This document shows positions 1 to 12,100 of a stretch of DNA of 64,000 nucleotides, in pieces. Both the position numbers and the translations under genes were made by a program. This stretch comes from Marsupella aquatica (taxonomy: Eukaryota > Plantae > Marchantiophyta). The stretch lies in NCBI GenBank assembly GCA_973895155.1, contig OZ316895.1, forward strand, positions 11,244,858 to 11,308,857. The letters run 5' to 3'. How positions within the stretch are numbered: the stretch's first letter is position 1; the number at the start of each line of letters is the position of its first letter. The notes under the pieces are model-generated. The model worked only from the letters and a program-made list of their open reading frames with translations, ran no database searches and was not told the origin of the DNA.

Positions 1-165
1 TGCATGCTGATGTGTGTGTTAAAATGTCTGTTGCAAATTTGATTCAGTAGATATATGGAGTTGTCAGGTTCATGTTCTGTTTTCATATTCCAGATTGGTC
101 TCGTACTAGTATGGAACCTGTACATAAGTACCATTATTACTGTGTTGTAGATTCTGCTTGCATGT

Positions 166-1331
166 ATGTTTGATCTGCATTGGTGTATGTTGATGATTGC
201 TTTGTTCCTTAGAGGCCCAACCACACATGTACAACGACAGAGAGAAAAGCCTGCATTGGTGAAAGGTACTTCAACTGGAACATTGCCAAAGAGGAGGAGC
301 TCTAGACTATCACAAGTTACCAAGGTGAACATGGCAGAGTCTGGTGATGATGGCTATGCCAGTGCTGGGTATGACACTGAGGATTCTGACATTGGAGGGT
401 CAGAACCTGAGAGTGAACAGCAGGTAATGCTTGAACTTCATCATCCTAAACCCTAAATCCTTGTCTTTGTTTCAAAGTATTTGTTAATATGCCTACGTTG
501 TCCATGATGTAGGTACAGAAACAAAATCGTGGTCCTAAGAAGACTGGGCCTGGTGGAGGTGGGCTGGTGAGATGTTGGAAAGACCCAGACACTGGACTGT
601 TATATGAAAGTGAGTGGATTGTACTGATATACCTTTTCAGTGTGTTTGGAAATTGATATTCTACATTTTCCTAAAATTCATTGAAGTGCTTGGTGGTGTG
701 TGTTTGTTTAGTGGTTCCATCAGCATCTGAAGGCAGATCAGGTCAATCTGACGTACTACATTCCAGAGGATCTTCAGGTAATACAAATCTGCTCGTCATG
801 CATATGCAAGTGCATTTGCTCAACTTTTCAATGTACATATTTTCTGAGTGAAAGCATGTGTGTGCATTGCAGGCGGGGCCTCTGAGATGCGTAGGGAACG
901 AAGGCATGCTAAGAAGATGTTTGATAATGCTGCCAAAGTACGAAGGAATCAGGGAGATTTGCCCAAACACATTAAAGTGAGTATTGTACTTTTTTTGAAT
1001 GTAGATTTAGACATAGATCCTCTCTGTTATTGTGTGTATAAAACCTGGACTATGCATAAATTCCAGAGTTATGAATTGACATTGCATGTGAAATGCAGAT
1101 TTATGACAATGATATTGATGATTATGATCCCAACAAACAGTACTGGTTGGAGGAACTTCGTGGCAATGTACTCAGAATCTTTGATATATCAAAGCCAAAA
1201 TGGACTGATCATCCACGAGTTCATATAACCAGTGTGTGGAAGAACATGGCAGCTGAGTGGGAGTATGTGGGTGGGGAATTTATTTACAACAAATTCCAGA
1301 GTCATTGTCGTGGCATATTGAAGAGAGAGCG
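166..1331 (+). pseudogene. 5' exons of TnpA-like (Ptta/En/Spm, Transposase_24-type) gene of the outer CACTA element, split by later insertions
   Basis: Several GT-AG bounded exons. The frame ...HCRGILKRER resumes after the solo LTR (6021: HKMHVYWKKVCNEDPTKPGPSGVDPKKWAALVS) and again after the inner CACTA (35814: HFTSPALISLSKQMTDKRARVQDTSHFGRGG). This parallels the TnpA at 32147-33049 (ILKQERHRL...W..L...S.....R....GRG). Confidence 0.75.
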
Positions 1332-1446
1332 TGTGATGCCTAGACAGGAATCACTCGACCGGTTAAGTGGGTAAAGCAGGAAGGCACCCTAGGAACACCT
1401 TAGTATAGTGACAAAACAAGGAAAATATAAACAATTAGGGGCAACC

Positions 1447-4400
1447 ATGGAACCCGGGCAGAGGCCGGAGGTAAGGCTGAGGGTGAAAACCCGATTAGGG
1501 TTAGGGCGCGTTAAGCGTCGGCGGCTAGGAAGGATCAACGGGAAGAAGGACCGGCAGAGGAGAGGGGTAAGGAGCGCTTGCAGGAGATGGTGGCTCATTT
1601 GCGAGCACGAACTAGGCAGACGACTACGGGAGGCCAACTACTGTCAGCTGCTTAGGCAAGCACTCGGGGAGAGAGTAGATACCGACGATCAACCTAAGGA
1701 GGGTATGAGCAACGTCAATCAAGCGGCACATTTCTGGGGATGCCTGTTCGAACGGGCAACTGAGTACATCAAGACTTACGAGGACGAGGAGTCAGAAAGG
1801 GCAGCTCGAGAACGGCAGGAGCTCGCTTGATTGTGGGAGCTGCAGAAGACGGCTTTCTTAGGAGGCGAACTCATCAAGGACGAGTTCCTGTGGACGCCTA
1901 CTTCCAATCAACTCGACGATCTTCTGTTTTGCAAAGACAGCGTCGTCGGCATCCGAGAGGCCATCAAGAACTGCAACGACATACACTGGGAATTAAAGGG
2001 TAGCACGGAAAGGTGGACCCGGGCAACGGTGCTAGGAGAGACCTCCACGGCAGCAGAGATGAAGAGGAAGGGAGCCGTCAACGATGAAGCCACCCCGGCA
2101 AAAAGAACGAGGTCGGCGGCACCAAAGAAGCCAGCCAAGCAGCAGAGCAGGAGGCAGGGAGAAGCCGAAGAGGAGGAGGTCGATCCCATCAAGGCCATTC
2201 CAACCAGGGATGACACCTGGAAGGGCTGGGCGGCAACCCTACCGGTGGAGGTGCAACTACATTTTGCACGGGAGGAGGATGCATGCTTTACGGCCATGCA
2301 GACCAAGAAGTACCAAGGCTTCATGGCCGGATCCGGCTTGGAGGCCTTTGTAAGATTACCATGGCTGAAGCCGGAGGTACCGGAGTCAGACCTATTAGAA
2401 TTCGTGGGGTCATGGGAACCCGAGACCAATTGCACGAGGATACATGGGAAGGATTTCTATCTTACTCCCAAGGTGATTGCCGAAGTGTTTGGCTTGCCGA
2501 TGGGCAATAAGACCAAAGTTGATACCAGGAAGACCTTGCCTGACAAGGAGTTCCGGTCGTTCCCCGGGCCATCAACGAAGAATGGCTTCTTCCGGAACAC
2601 CTGCACCAACCCGCACATAGGAGAGATGATCGACTTCTTGCGGGTGACCATGCATTGTAACTTGCCGAGGGCAGAGATCGGCAAGGCACAGGTCTATCTG
2701 GCAGAAAGGCCAGACCCAAGCCGGGACTACAACGGGTACCTCCTCAACCAATTGAAGAAGATCTTAAAGGAGGAGCAGCAGGTAATCGGCATGGGGAGCG
2801 TGTCGCGGCTTGGCTATCACATGCCGCTGTTGTGCCGGTATGCCAGAGGTCAGACTTTTGCCCCGGTACTTCCCCTGCAGGTAAGGGCACCCGAGGAAGC
2901 TCCAACGCCGAGGCCGTTGGCTGAGAAGCCTCAACCACCTGTTAGTCCTACGATCGAGCAGGTGTTTAGGCCCAGGAAGGAAGACTTGCCGATGCAGCAA
3001 CCAGGCATGCAGAGTCTGCTGAAACTACTGGAGAAAGAAAAGAAATCGGCATCGGCAAAAACAACGGCAACGGCAACAATGCAGGACACTACTACAGAGG
3101 TAGGCCTACACCGGCTCACAAGAGAAAACCCCTTTGCTGGAGACAAGGAGAGAATCAGGCCGGAATCCAAGCCAGGTGTTCGAATGTACGTGGGAACCTC
3201 AAGCTCCGAATCTGAGGCAGAATTGCCTGAAGCTCCTACCAACAAAGAGGAGAGGGAGAAGCCGGACGTCCAAGAGGTAGAGGAGGCAGTGGAGGACTGC
3301 AGCCATGATAATTCCGGCTATGGGTCGGACCATCACGTTCCAGGAGTAAGGACCTGTGGCCGGTTTGTCCCCACACTGCCAAGGGTAGTGCGAGGGGACC
3401 CCAACCAGCAGAGTAGCCCTGAGTCTCCCCCACCAGATGTTGCTCCCCCGAGCTTCGACGGCATAAAACAGACGGTGCAGGAATTTCAGGAGCGAATCAA
3501 GCAGGAGGAAGAGGCCGCCCTGGCTAAGGAAAAGGATTTACCAGGAGGAGATTGGCCGGAGGACATCAGGCGGCTAGCCGAAAAAGGAAGCAAACCTCTA
3601 GCCACGATTGAAGAGATCCGCAGGACGGCTTGGGAGCAGAGGCCACAATGGGCGATGCCGATCACTTCTACTTACTCCACCTACGCTAAGAATAGAGCCA
3701 TGGAGTATGGTGAGATGTGTGGGGAACTTGCGCTCGACATCTTTGGAGAGGAGTTGGAGGTAGGACCCTTTTTCCATAGGGAGCAGTTGGAGAAGCACCA
3801 ATTAGAAGAAGCGGTGGCTTTAGAGAGAAGCAAGAAGGACGAGGTCATTCGGCGGCTTAGGAGGATGGAAGCCGAGATTGAAGATCTAAGGGCGGCCAAG
3901 AAAGCCCAAGATGAACTGCGGATTAAACGACATGAGCTGAACATCATGCAGGGGCAGTTGGACGCCGCGCAGGCTGATAATCAGAATATCAAGGATAAAC
4001 TGACTCAGACGCAGGAAGAGTTGGCCGACACGATCAAAGAAAGGGAAAAGTGGAAGCAAGAGCTGAAGAATACAGAGGAGGCCCACATAACAGCCAACAG
4101 CCGGGCCATGGCGGAGACCCAAAGAAAGGAATGGGCGTTGAAAGGGGAGCTCGAGAAAATCCGCGGAGCCCTTGAGCAGAAGGAGGTCGAGTTAGGGAAA
4201 TCCTATCAAGGGATTATGGCGCTGCAGCAGGAGCTTGCGTCCCTGACGGCCAGCTTCAAGGCCGACCTAAGGGAGAAGGACGAGATGCTCGAACAGACTT
4301 ACGCCAAGATGAACCAGATGGAGTCTGTCATCATTGCAGAGCTCGACAAGGAGCTAAGAGCAACCCAGGAGGAGAAGGCTACCTTGAAGAAGGAATTGGA

Positions 4401-5094
4401 GGAAGCCCACAGGGAGCAGGAGGAGGCCAAAAACGAGCTGGAGGGGGCACGTAAGGACCTGGATGAAACCCAAGAGGAGTTGGAGGAAATCACGAGGAAG
4501 ATGGAGAACCTACAGCGGCGGGCCGACAACCAAACAGAGCGGCTGAAGAAACAAGCCGCAGTATTTAAATGCTTAGCTGCAGCAGGTCCATCTCCTGTTG
4601 GGACAAACCAGTTACCAGGGGTGGTAATTGCCGAAGGACAAGCCGCGCCACCTGCACCAGTGCCGGAGGTAAGTGGGAAGGGGAAGGGACCAGCTGCCAA
4701 GCCACCAACGAAGAAGAAGCGGAAACCTTCAGGGTCAAGGAGTAATACGACTTCACAGGCCGTGGTGATCAAGGAGGTAGACCCAGCACCGACCCCAGAC
4801 AGGGTCACGGCTAAGGATCCAACTACCCTAGGGGAAGGGGAAGCCGAAGCCGTGGGAGTGGCTGAAGCCGAAGCCGTGGGAGTGGCTGAAGCCGAAGCCG
4901 TGGGAGTGGCTGAGGCCGAAGCCGTGGGTATTGCCGAGGCCGGTGTCGAGGCTGAAGCCGAAGGTGGACCCAGTCAGGCCGATGGAGAGTTGACTCGGTC
5001 AAGGGCAGGTAATCTGTCAGTAGGCGGGCCAACGGCAGTGGCTGAGGAGGAAGTGTTGGGGGCGTCCATTGAGGATCCACCACCGGTGTCGTGA
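1447..5094 (+). pseudogene. LTR-encoded ~1215-aa coiled-coil protein with one premature stop
   Basis: Colinear with the intact 43307-46942 ORF. TGA at 1828-1830 corresponds to CGA in the intact copy. Confidence 0.85.
4833..4945 (+). repeat. 24-bp coding tandem repeat (EAEAVGVA) x4-5
   Basis: gaagccgaagccgtgggagtggct is repeated here and absent from the other LTR copies. Confidence 0.9.
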
Positions 5095-6327
5095 CGGTGC
5101 AAGGGCGCCGTTCCTTTTAGGGAGGGCGGACGTGGAGGGAGGAGGCGTGAGTGGGCAGGGCGGGCACGGATCTCCACGTTTAGGATTAGGATCAGAACCA
5201 GGAGCGGCCCTGACACTTAGCTTAGTGGGATTGCGGTCCCACTGGTAGGAGCAACACTTGTGCTCCTGCCTTGCTGTACATAGGTAGATTCGGGCAAGTA
5301 GATTACTGTTAAGTAGATTAGGCTTACGATGCAAAGAATGGCGGATCCACTACCAGGATAAGTACCTGGGCAGCGGGGAGCTCAGGGCCTCTTCTTTAGC
5401 AAGTTTTTAGTTTGCACCAGCCGGGCTGGGATCAAGTAGTACGAGAAGCTCTCGGTTAGTCATACAGTGACCCTTGTGTATATTCATGTTTCCTCATGCC
5501 TAAGAGCTGAATAGAGTTGGCCTCACGGCTTAGTTCGCAGAACTTGTGTATGAGATGTACTGTTTGTATGGCAAGTGCATGGTATCACTCAGTCAGAATG
5601 AGTCATTTTGCTATTTGTGTGTCGCATTAACTTGTGTGAAGAGTGCCCACATCAACAGAAGGAAGGAAAGTAAGCAGGGGAGTGAGAGTTGGATGTGTCG
5701 AGCTGAGAGAGGTCTTAGCGGCTTAACCAAGCCTATTGGGGATCATTCGGGCGGCGGAATCCAAACATACCTAACAAGACGGAGGGGAAGACAGGGGAAG
5801 ACAGGGGAAGGCCTATAGTAGGCCGGCTACGTATCTCATGACCCGATGAAGGATCTGTCCAGTATATGTGTGTAAAATGTTAATAGTAGTAGTAGAATGT
5901 TAGCAGCGTCCCATGCCGCTAAGCCACGGAAACGGCCTCGCCAAGCACGAAACCTGCGGGAATCGGCTTGAGCTGGGGGGTTTCTTGGGTTTAGGGAGCC
6001 ATGGGACGCACCACAGAGCGCCATAAAATGCATGTTTACTGGAAGAAAGTTTGCAATGAGGATCCAACCAAACCTGGGCCATCTGGTGTTGATCCAAAGA
6101 AATGGGCAGCTTTGGTATCTCCACTAGTAGAAACCGGGGCAATTTAGACCATACCTTATAGGACTAAGCCCACTAAGTCCTTTTTCCATACTTGAAACGA
6201 CTCGCACCCATTGCACCGGTTTTGTTGAAGACTACAAAAGACTATTAGTGTTTTATGGTTCACTAAAAGACTATGAGAAGTAACCTTGCTACTTTGTGAA
6301 CGGTGAATAGTCTAGCACATCATGGGT

Positions 6328-7050
6328 AATGTTCACTTATGTTGAGGAGGGGTAATTCTGTAAAGAGGGTGATAGCAAGGGGCATAACTCAATAAATGGC
6401 CTTATTTGCGACCAAAAAGGTTTTGGAGTGAGGTTCATGGAGGGTGGACTACGGAGGGATCAATTACTAACTCCATCAATAAAAGGCCGAGATGCACAAA
6501 GGTAGATTTGTACCGGTCTCAAGGGGGTGTGGGTTTAGGGTTAGGGGGTTGTCCAGGCGAAGAACACTCGATTGAAATAGTGACGCAATGGTTTAGGGTA
6601 AAGGAACATGTTTAGGGACCCTAACTTGTTTGCTGCCTTGGGAGGATCTTGAGAGCCTGAGCTTGCAAGCGGCATGCACTCTAAAAATGGCCCCTGGCAT
6701 TGCAAAGATAGTCTGGCCACAATCGAGTTGTGAAGACATTTAGGGGGTTTATATGTCAAGGCTAGGGGGTGGCTGGGTTTTCACTAAAGGGGGTTTAGGG
6801 GGGGTTTGATGTCAAGGGTCGGGGGTTGCATGTTAAGGGGATGGGGGTTTAGGAACCATTGGATCGTTGGCATCATGTCCATTGACATCATATATGTTGG
6901 GAAAGATAATTGACAAATTATTCATGAGGGTAGGCAATTTGGACAATGTTCACTTATGTTCAGGAGGGGTAATTGCATAAATTAAGAGGGTGATGACAAG
7001 GGGCATCACTCATTAAATGGCCTTATTTGTGACCAAAAGAGGTTTGGTTT
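6328..7050 (+). repeat. ~100-bp imperfect direct repeat pair (about 6328-6425 and 6945-7045)
   Basis: aatgttcacttatgtt.aggaggggtaatt...gagggtgat..caaggggcat.actca.taaatggccttatttg.gaccaaaa occurs twice. Confidence 0.8.
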
Positions 7051-7364
7051 AATGAAGTTCAATCACCACAGATATTTGCTAAGGCCAAAGTATTTGTTTA
7101 GCGACACTACACTAAGTTGTCACTCACAACACTTGAGTGAATGGAGGGGGTTTATGGAGGGTCAGGATAATCTTGCCGTTACCATGTCGGCAACACCAGT
7201 GACTTTGGTAAGGGTATCCCAAGCTAGGGGCCCGTACCGCTTGCAGTACCGTTTGGACACCCGAGTCGCGCGACCGTTGGAAGGGAACAAGCCGGTTATG
7301 CAACTTTGCTTACACTTAGCAGGTTGTTGATGTGTTTAGGGATCCCGCCACATTCCCAACGTGC

Positions 7365-7495
7365 GGAGCAAGGTTTATTGTGTTCTCTTGGTGGGATTGG
7401 GAGTTTAGGGATTGGAGCAAGGTTTTATCGTGTTCTCTCGATGGGATCGGGAGCTTAGGGATCGGAGCAAGGTTTTCCGTGTAATCTTGGTGGGA
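7365..7495 (+). repeat. ~50-bp tandem repeat, about 3 copies
   Basis: Unit ggagcaaggttttatcgtgttctct.g.tgggat.gggag.ttagggat. Confidence 0.75.
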
Positions 7496-8599
7496 ACGTC
7501 TCTACAGTGAGGTTTAGTGTTCCCATTTTCTTGTGGTCGGCTCTGTGGAATCCGAGAAGAGGGATCGGGAGTTTAGGGATGCTGCAATGACCGGCTCTCG
7601 AAGGGTGAGGTGAGACAACCTATTCAACACCCTTTTGCTGCACCCTTAAGCTGTCGAGCTGCCATTGAGCTGGTGAAGCTGCATGCGGGTTGCATCTGTT
7701 CTACGGGCGCGCTATCTGCCTGGTTTATGGATTGTGGACTTTGTGGGGAGCGACAATCGGTAACAACGTGAAGGCCATCAGAGGCTGGGCAAAGCAGTTT
7801 AGGGTGCTGTGGTCGAGGAGGAGCTCACCACAAATTGGGGAGAAGACACGGGTGACAAGCTGGGGGTGGGGAGGAGCTGCGGTCAGGGAGGATACAGACC
7901 GTCTATAGAACAACTGGCAGTCGGAGCGGCGCAGGAGCTTAGAGTGGGCCAACGCCAGCTGAATACAAGCCAGGAGTTGCATAAGGTGAGAGTCCAAGTT
8001 TTGTGTTGCTTTAGTGTTCGAGCAGCGTGCTGCCATTTCAGCCACAGTGCACCGCCTTTGAAGCTCCCGTTGTCAGGGCTGGTAAGACATCACGGCTACA
8101 TTGCTTTTCTTTGTTGTCCTCTGTCTTTTTGTGGGGACAACCTACTTGATTTGAGCTGCGCAAATCATCATAAGTTAAGGCATGCGCCATGCCATCTGGA
8201 TAGTGTGCCACCAAACTGTGGGAGGATGAGCAATGCGTGGCTGTAAGCAGGTATTCTGTCAGCACAGGCGAGATTTCATTGTTAAAATCCTATTGCCTGC
8301 AATGTGTCTTGTAATGTGTTTTTCCTCATTCAATCAAGAGCTGAGAAGGGTATTGTTAGGCTTCAATTACTCTGTGTTTTTCTCCAGCTCCATGGTACAG
8401 TTTGTGCTTTGTCTGGCGCCCATGCTCCGTCGATCGTAGAGCTAGGTCAACCGAGCTTTGAAGAGGGAGGTTGTGGGAGCTCCTTACTGTGCTGCAGCTG
8501 CTCTTCAATCAACAGTGTAGAGATTGTAGCTACGATCAGTGTTTGCGGAGCTGCCAGCCGGGTGCTTCGATAGTAGAGAAGAGCAGCCAAACTGATTCA

Positions 8600-8689
8600 G
8601 TCCTTCTCCTACTTGCAACCAAGGACCCCCTGTGCATCGTAAAGTGTGACCTCGGAGCTGAGCTGCGCACTATCTCTATTACATGCCTT
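8600..8689 (+). pseudogene. Probable N-terminal fragment of CACTA TnpD (transposase-associated Cys/His domain), separated by the MULE insertion
   Basis: CIVKCDLGAELRTISITCL joins in frame through a shared CTT codon (CCTT at 8686-8689 and 18053-18056) to HLLRHERHPWWRVW, rebuilding a C..C...HL...W motif. Confidence 0.55.
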
Positions 8690-9114
8690 GTTGTGGGCCC
8701 GACCTCCATGACAGGAAACAGGAAACAGTGATGATCATAACAGGAAAAATAGTTGAACAAAACAGGAGAATTGATATTATCATTGAGAAAAAACGACTTA
8801 ATTTTGGACCAAACCAAAGAAGTCAAATTCAACATCAACTCAAAAAGATGGGGAAAACGACAATTATCGGAAGATGTTTTTACTAGCGCTTAGTCCTAAC
8901 CAAGCGTTTGATACCGTTACAAAATATCATTAACAAAATACCCGCTCACAATCTACCAGAATGATCAGAGGATAACGGTTTCTAAGGCAAGAAAAGGTCA
9001 CATGCCTTTTCTTGAGAATGGTCACATGCCTTTTTCACCTCGAGAATGCATGCGAAAGAAATCCACACGTTCAGACCTAGACTACAAACTGAAACCAAGT
9101 AAGGAAATGAAGTC

Positions 9115-12100
9115 TAGCGCCGGGCGCTAACAAAATTGAAGTCCAAGTGACGATTGAATACAAAGAAATCTCGGTTACCCGTACAATGAAATTTACACAT
9201 CCGTAAAATTGTAAAAACAAATTAAGTGTTTTGTGCAACCCACAAAAGATTGAGCCGTGTTGAAAAGCAACCAAAGGTTGTTTACTAGCGCCGGGCGCTA
9301 ACCAAAACAAAGTTACCGTTACGAAACGACAAGTCCTACATTCCCGTTGAACGTAAACTAGAATACTAAACCTTCCTATAAACCATCAGAATTCTGCCTC
9401 CCTAGAATATAACGCAGTTCCAAAATGGTAAGAATCGGTTGGCTTGGGAGTATATTGTCCACAGGATCAAGCTTGCAGATAACTTTGTAAACCCAGTACA
9501 AGTGTTTACATGGCATGAAAGGTTTCCCTCGAGAATGTCGACGAAAGAAATCTTCACAAGAGCAACAAGGGAAAATGCAAATCTGCACCCAGTAAGTATT
9601 TGCAGTTCGTAAATGTGCATGTGTGCGTATCTGGAATCGTTTCCCGTATGAATTTCCCAATGAAACTTCCATAGTTTTGATCAAAGTCATTGTTTCTTTC
9701 GTTGCTGATTCAATCCTTTTACGATATTCCTGAGTGAGATTTGATCTGGAGCTCATCGCACGCCCGTTTCTCGTTCGAAAACGGATGTTGACTTGTGCAA
9801 GATCGATCTTTTCAGGGAAAGCGTCAATGTTGATTCTCAGTTCAAATGGAGAAGGACAACATGAAATAGCACCTCCTCTCGAGACTTCAATGCCCTGCTC
9901 GTTAAGGAAATTCAACTCCAGACTTGAAAGATGAGTGCCTTTCTGTACTGGCAAAAAGTCTGGGCAAGTAGGGAGGTTCACAATACATCGACGAGGCGGC
10001 TCTTCCAGCAATCACGAGTGGGGCAGAACCAGACAAGCTCTGGATGGTGTTCACCTCTGAATAAGCGGTAACCTTTGACGACTATTCCGACAACCCCTGC
10101 ATTTGAAGGATATCCGACCTTCTTAATTCGATTACGACACTCATCTCGATCACAACTTCCAAACAACGTCCCATTACACTGTGGTCCAGCACCGTGTCTG
10201 GAAACTCTCCGCAAATGCCATGACCCGGGTACAGCGTCCACTTCAAAAAGCGAAGTGTCTACAGGAATGAATGGAGTGGTGTTCGGAACACTTTCTGGAA
10301 CTTCAGAAGATTGAGTGACATGATGGGAAACTGGAGAGCCACTTTCAGACAAATCGATAACTGGATTCGAAGGAGGAGTTCTAAGTATCGGAATGTGCTC
10401 AAACTCGGCTGAGGTCAAATTTCTCCTCTTGCAACCTCGGGTGTTTGGCGTAGTTATGAGGACCGTGTCATGTCGATGGGAGTCTTGTGGAGAGACATTC
10501 CCGATCGCCGGACCTTTTCTTTTCACAGACTTTGTCACAAAATCCCCATTCAACGAAGAATCCCTCTCCAAATCAAATTCTGCTGCATTTGCGAGTAACA
10601 TATTAGAGGCTTCTTCGAAGAGTTTCGGGGACCCTGCCTGGTCAGCCGAACGAAAAGCCAATTCAAACACTGTAGGACCGGTACCCCGATGGAGCCCTTC
10701 ACGATATGCTGTATAGGCTGCTATTTGTGAGATTGCTCTGTTGTGATCGGTCTTACATCCTTCGAACAAACCAACTGTTTTCTTTCCCTGCCATGCTTTC
10801 ATGATTCCGTGAACAGCTTCAGAACCAGTGCAATTGGGAATCATCCCCCCTTCGAGTGCACTTTTGCTCTGAAAAAGAGTTTTGTCAAATTCAGTAAAAT
10901 ATATCGAATAAAAAAGCGGAACTTCAAAATGCGCGGATGAAAGGTATGAATGTTTTCATAATCATTGTGAACATTGAAGAAGCTATCAAGCTATTCGTTA
11001 GCGCCCGGTGCTGGCAAAAACATCAGTAAATATCACAATTACTACTATTAATTGTGGGGAATATTAATACTAGCGCCAGGCGCTAGTATACATTGACTCA
11101 CCAAACGTATGAAATTTCCCCACTGTCGCCACCTCACAACCCACCATGCGATCCATCCTTGCAACATTCTAAGTTTCCCAGGAATACAATTTCCAGATCT
11201 CCACCATGAATCAATCTCTCGTGAAACCCTGTAGGCTTCCACAAATGAAGCGGCATTCCGCAACTTGTCCCAAAGGATTCTATGTTCAACACGTTTTTCT
11301 TCAAGTACTCCTTCGATAGAGTGCCGATGCAAAGACTGATAAAAGTGGAATGCATCCGATCGCTCTCTCTCCGGGTTTGGATGGCCGTCAAAGAAGACAT
11401 TCCTAACCGCTATCCATCCCGCCTGAGCGTTATCCGCCATGAAACCATGGATTTCCACACTGTTTAAACCGTTCTCCAAAGCGACTTCGATCATCAACCT
11501 CCAAGCTTTCTCAAGCGATGCAGTGTCCTCTACTTTGAGTTCACAAGTAAATATTGTGCACAAAGCTCGATAGTTATGGTCATACACATGTGCACTAAAA
11601 GTACTCCATTCTTTGGACATCCTTTTCATCACGTCAAAGCTCACCCATGCTCCTTCTAGAGGCCCCCCTTTTTTCATCTGACGCAGTAAATCTACTCCCG
11701 ATCCATGACCTTTGATAGTCATTTTGAAAATATGCGCTCTATCACCTTTACAGCCCTGCCCAGGAAGAAGATATCTTTGGAGAAATGGAAACGTAACATT
11801 CTTCTGCATGCGAACCAGATATTCCAAATCACCTCGACCAACCTGATCTTTGCGAACGCTCTTAAATAACGCAGAAAACTTCTGAGGCGTTGAAACGAGC
11901 ATAAGTGATTTCCAGATTTCTGATTCTTCTAGCTTTGAGATGTCATCCACAGACTCACCTACGGCATCCATTAAAGATCCAGTGATCTCATTTTTCAAAA
12001 CGCACGGTGTAGAAGAAGGAGACTTCTCATGCTGTCTCCGTATTTCTTCTATTGCTATTTTCTCAGCACTTCTAGACCAGACCTTCCGACATGGATGGTT

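Larger units (their letters stand above)
1332..6015 (+). mobile_element. Solo LTR (4684 bp) of Ty3/Gypsy family A, ORF-bearing
   Basis: Starts TGTGATGCCTAGAC and ends GGGACGCACCACA, the same termini as the LTRs of the 21445-31380 element. 5-bp TSD GAGCG at 1327-1331 and 6016-6020. Confidence 0.95.

Noticed and set aside
1908-5334. Antisense and alternative-frame ORFs over the LTR gene, gag-pol and transposases
   Set aside because: They are shadows of the longer coding frames and have no independent motifs.
7690-8573. Cluster of short overlapping ORFs in the CACTA left arm
   Set aside because: No recognisable motifs and frequent stops in all frames, so a gene call cannot be supported.
8683-8886. 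67-aa ORF as TnpD N-terminus with a GAT target duplication at 8730/18050
   Set aside because: Sequence from 8695 is homologous to the MULE 2 terminus, so it belongs to the element end.
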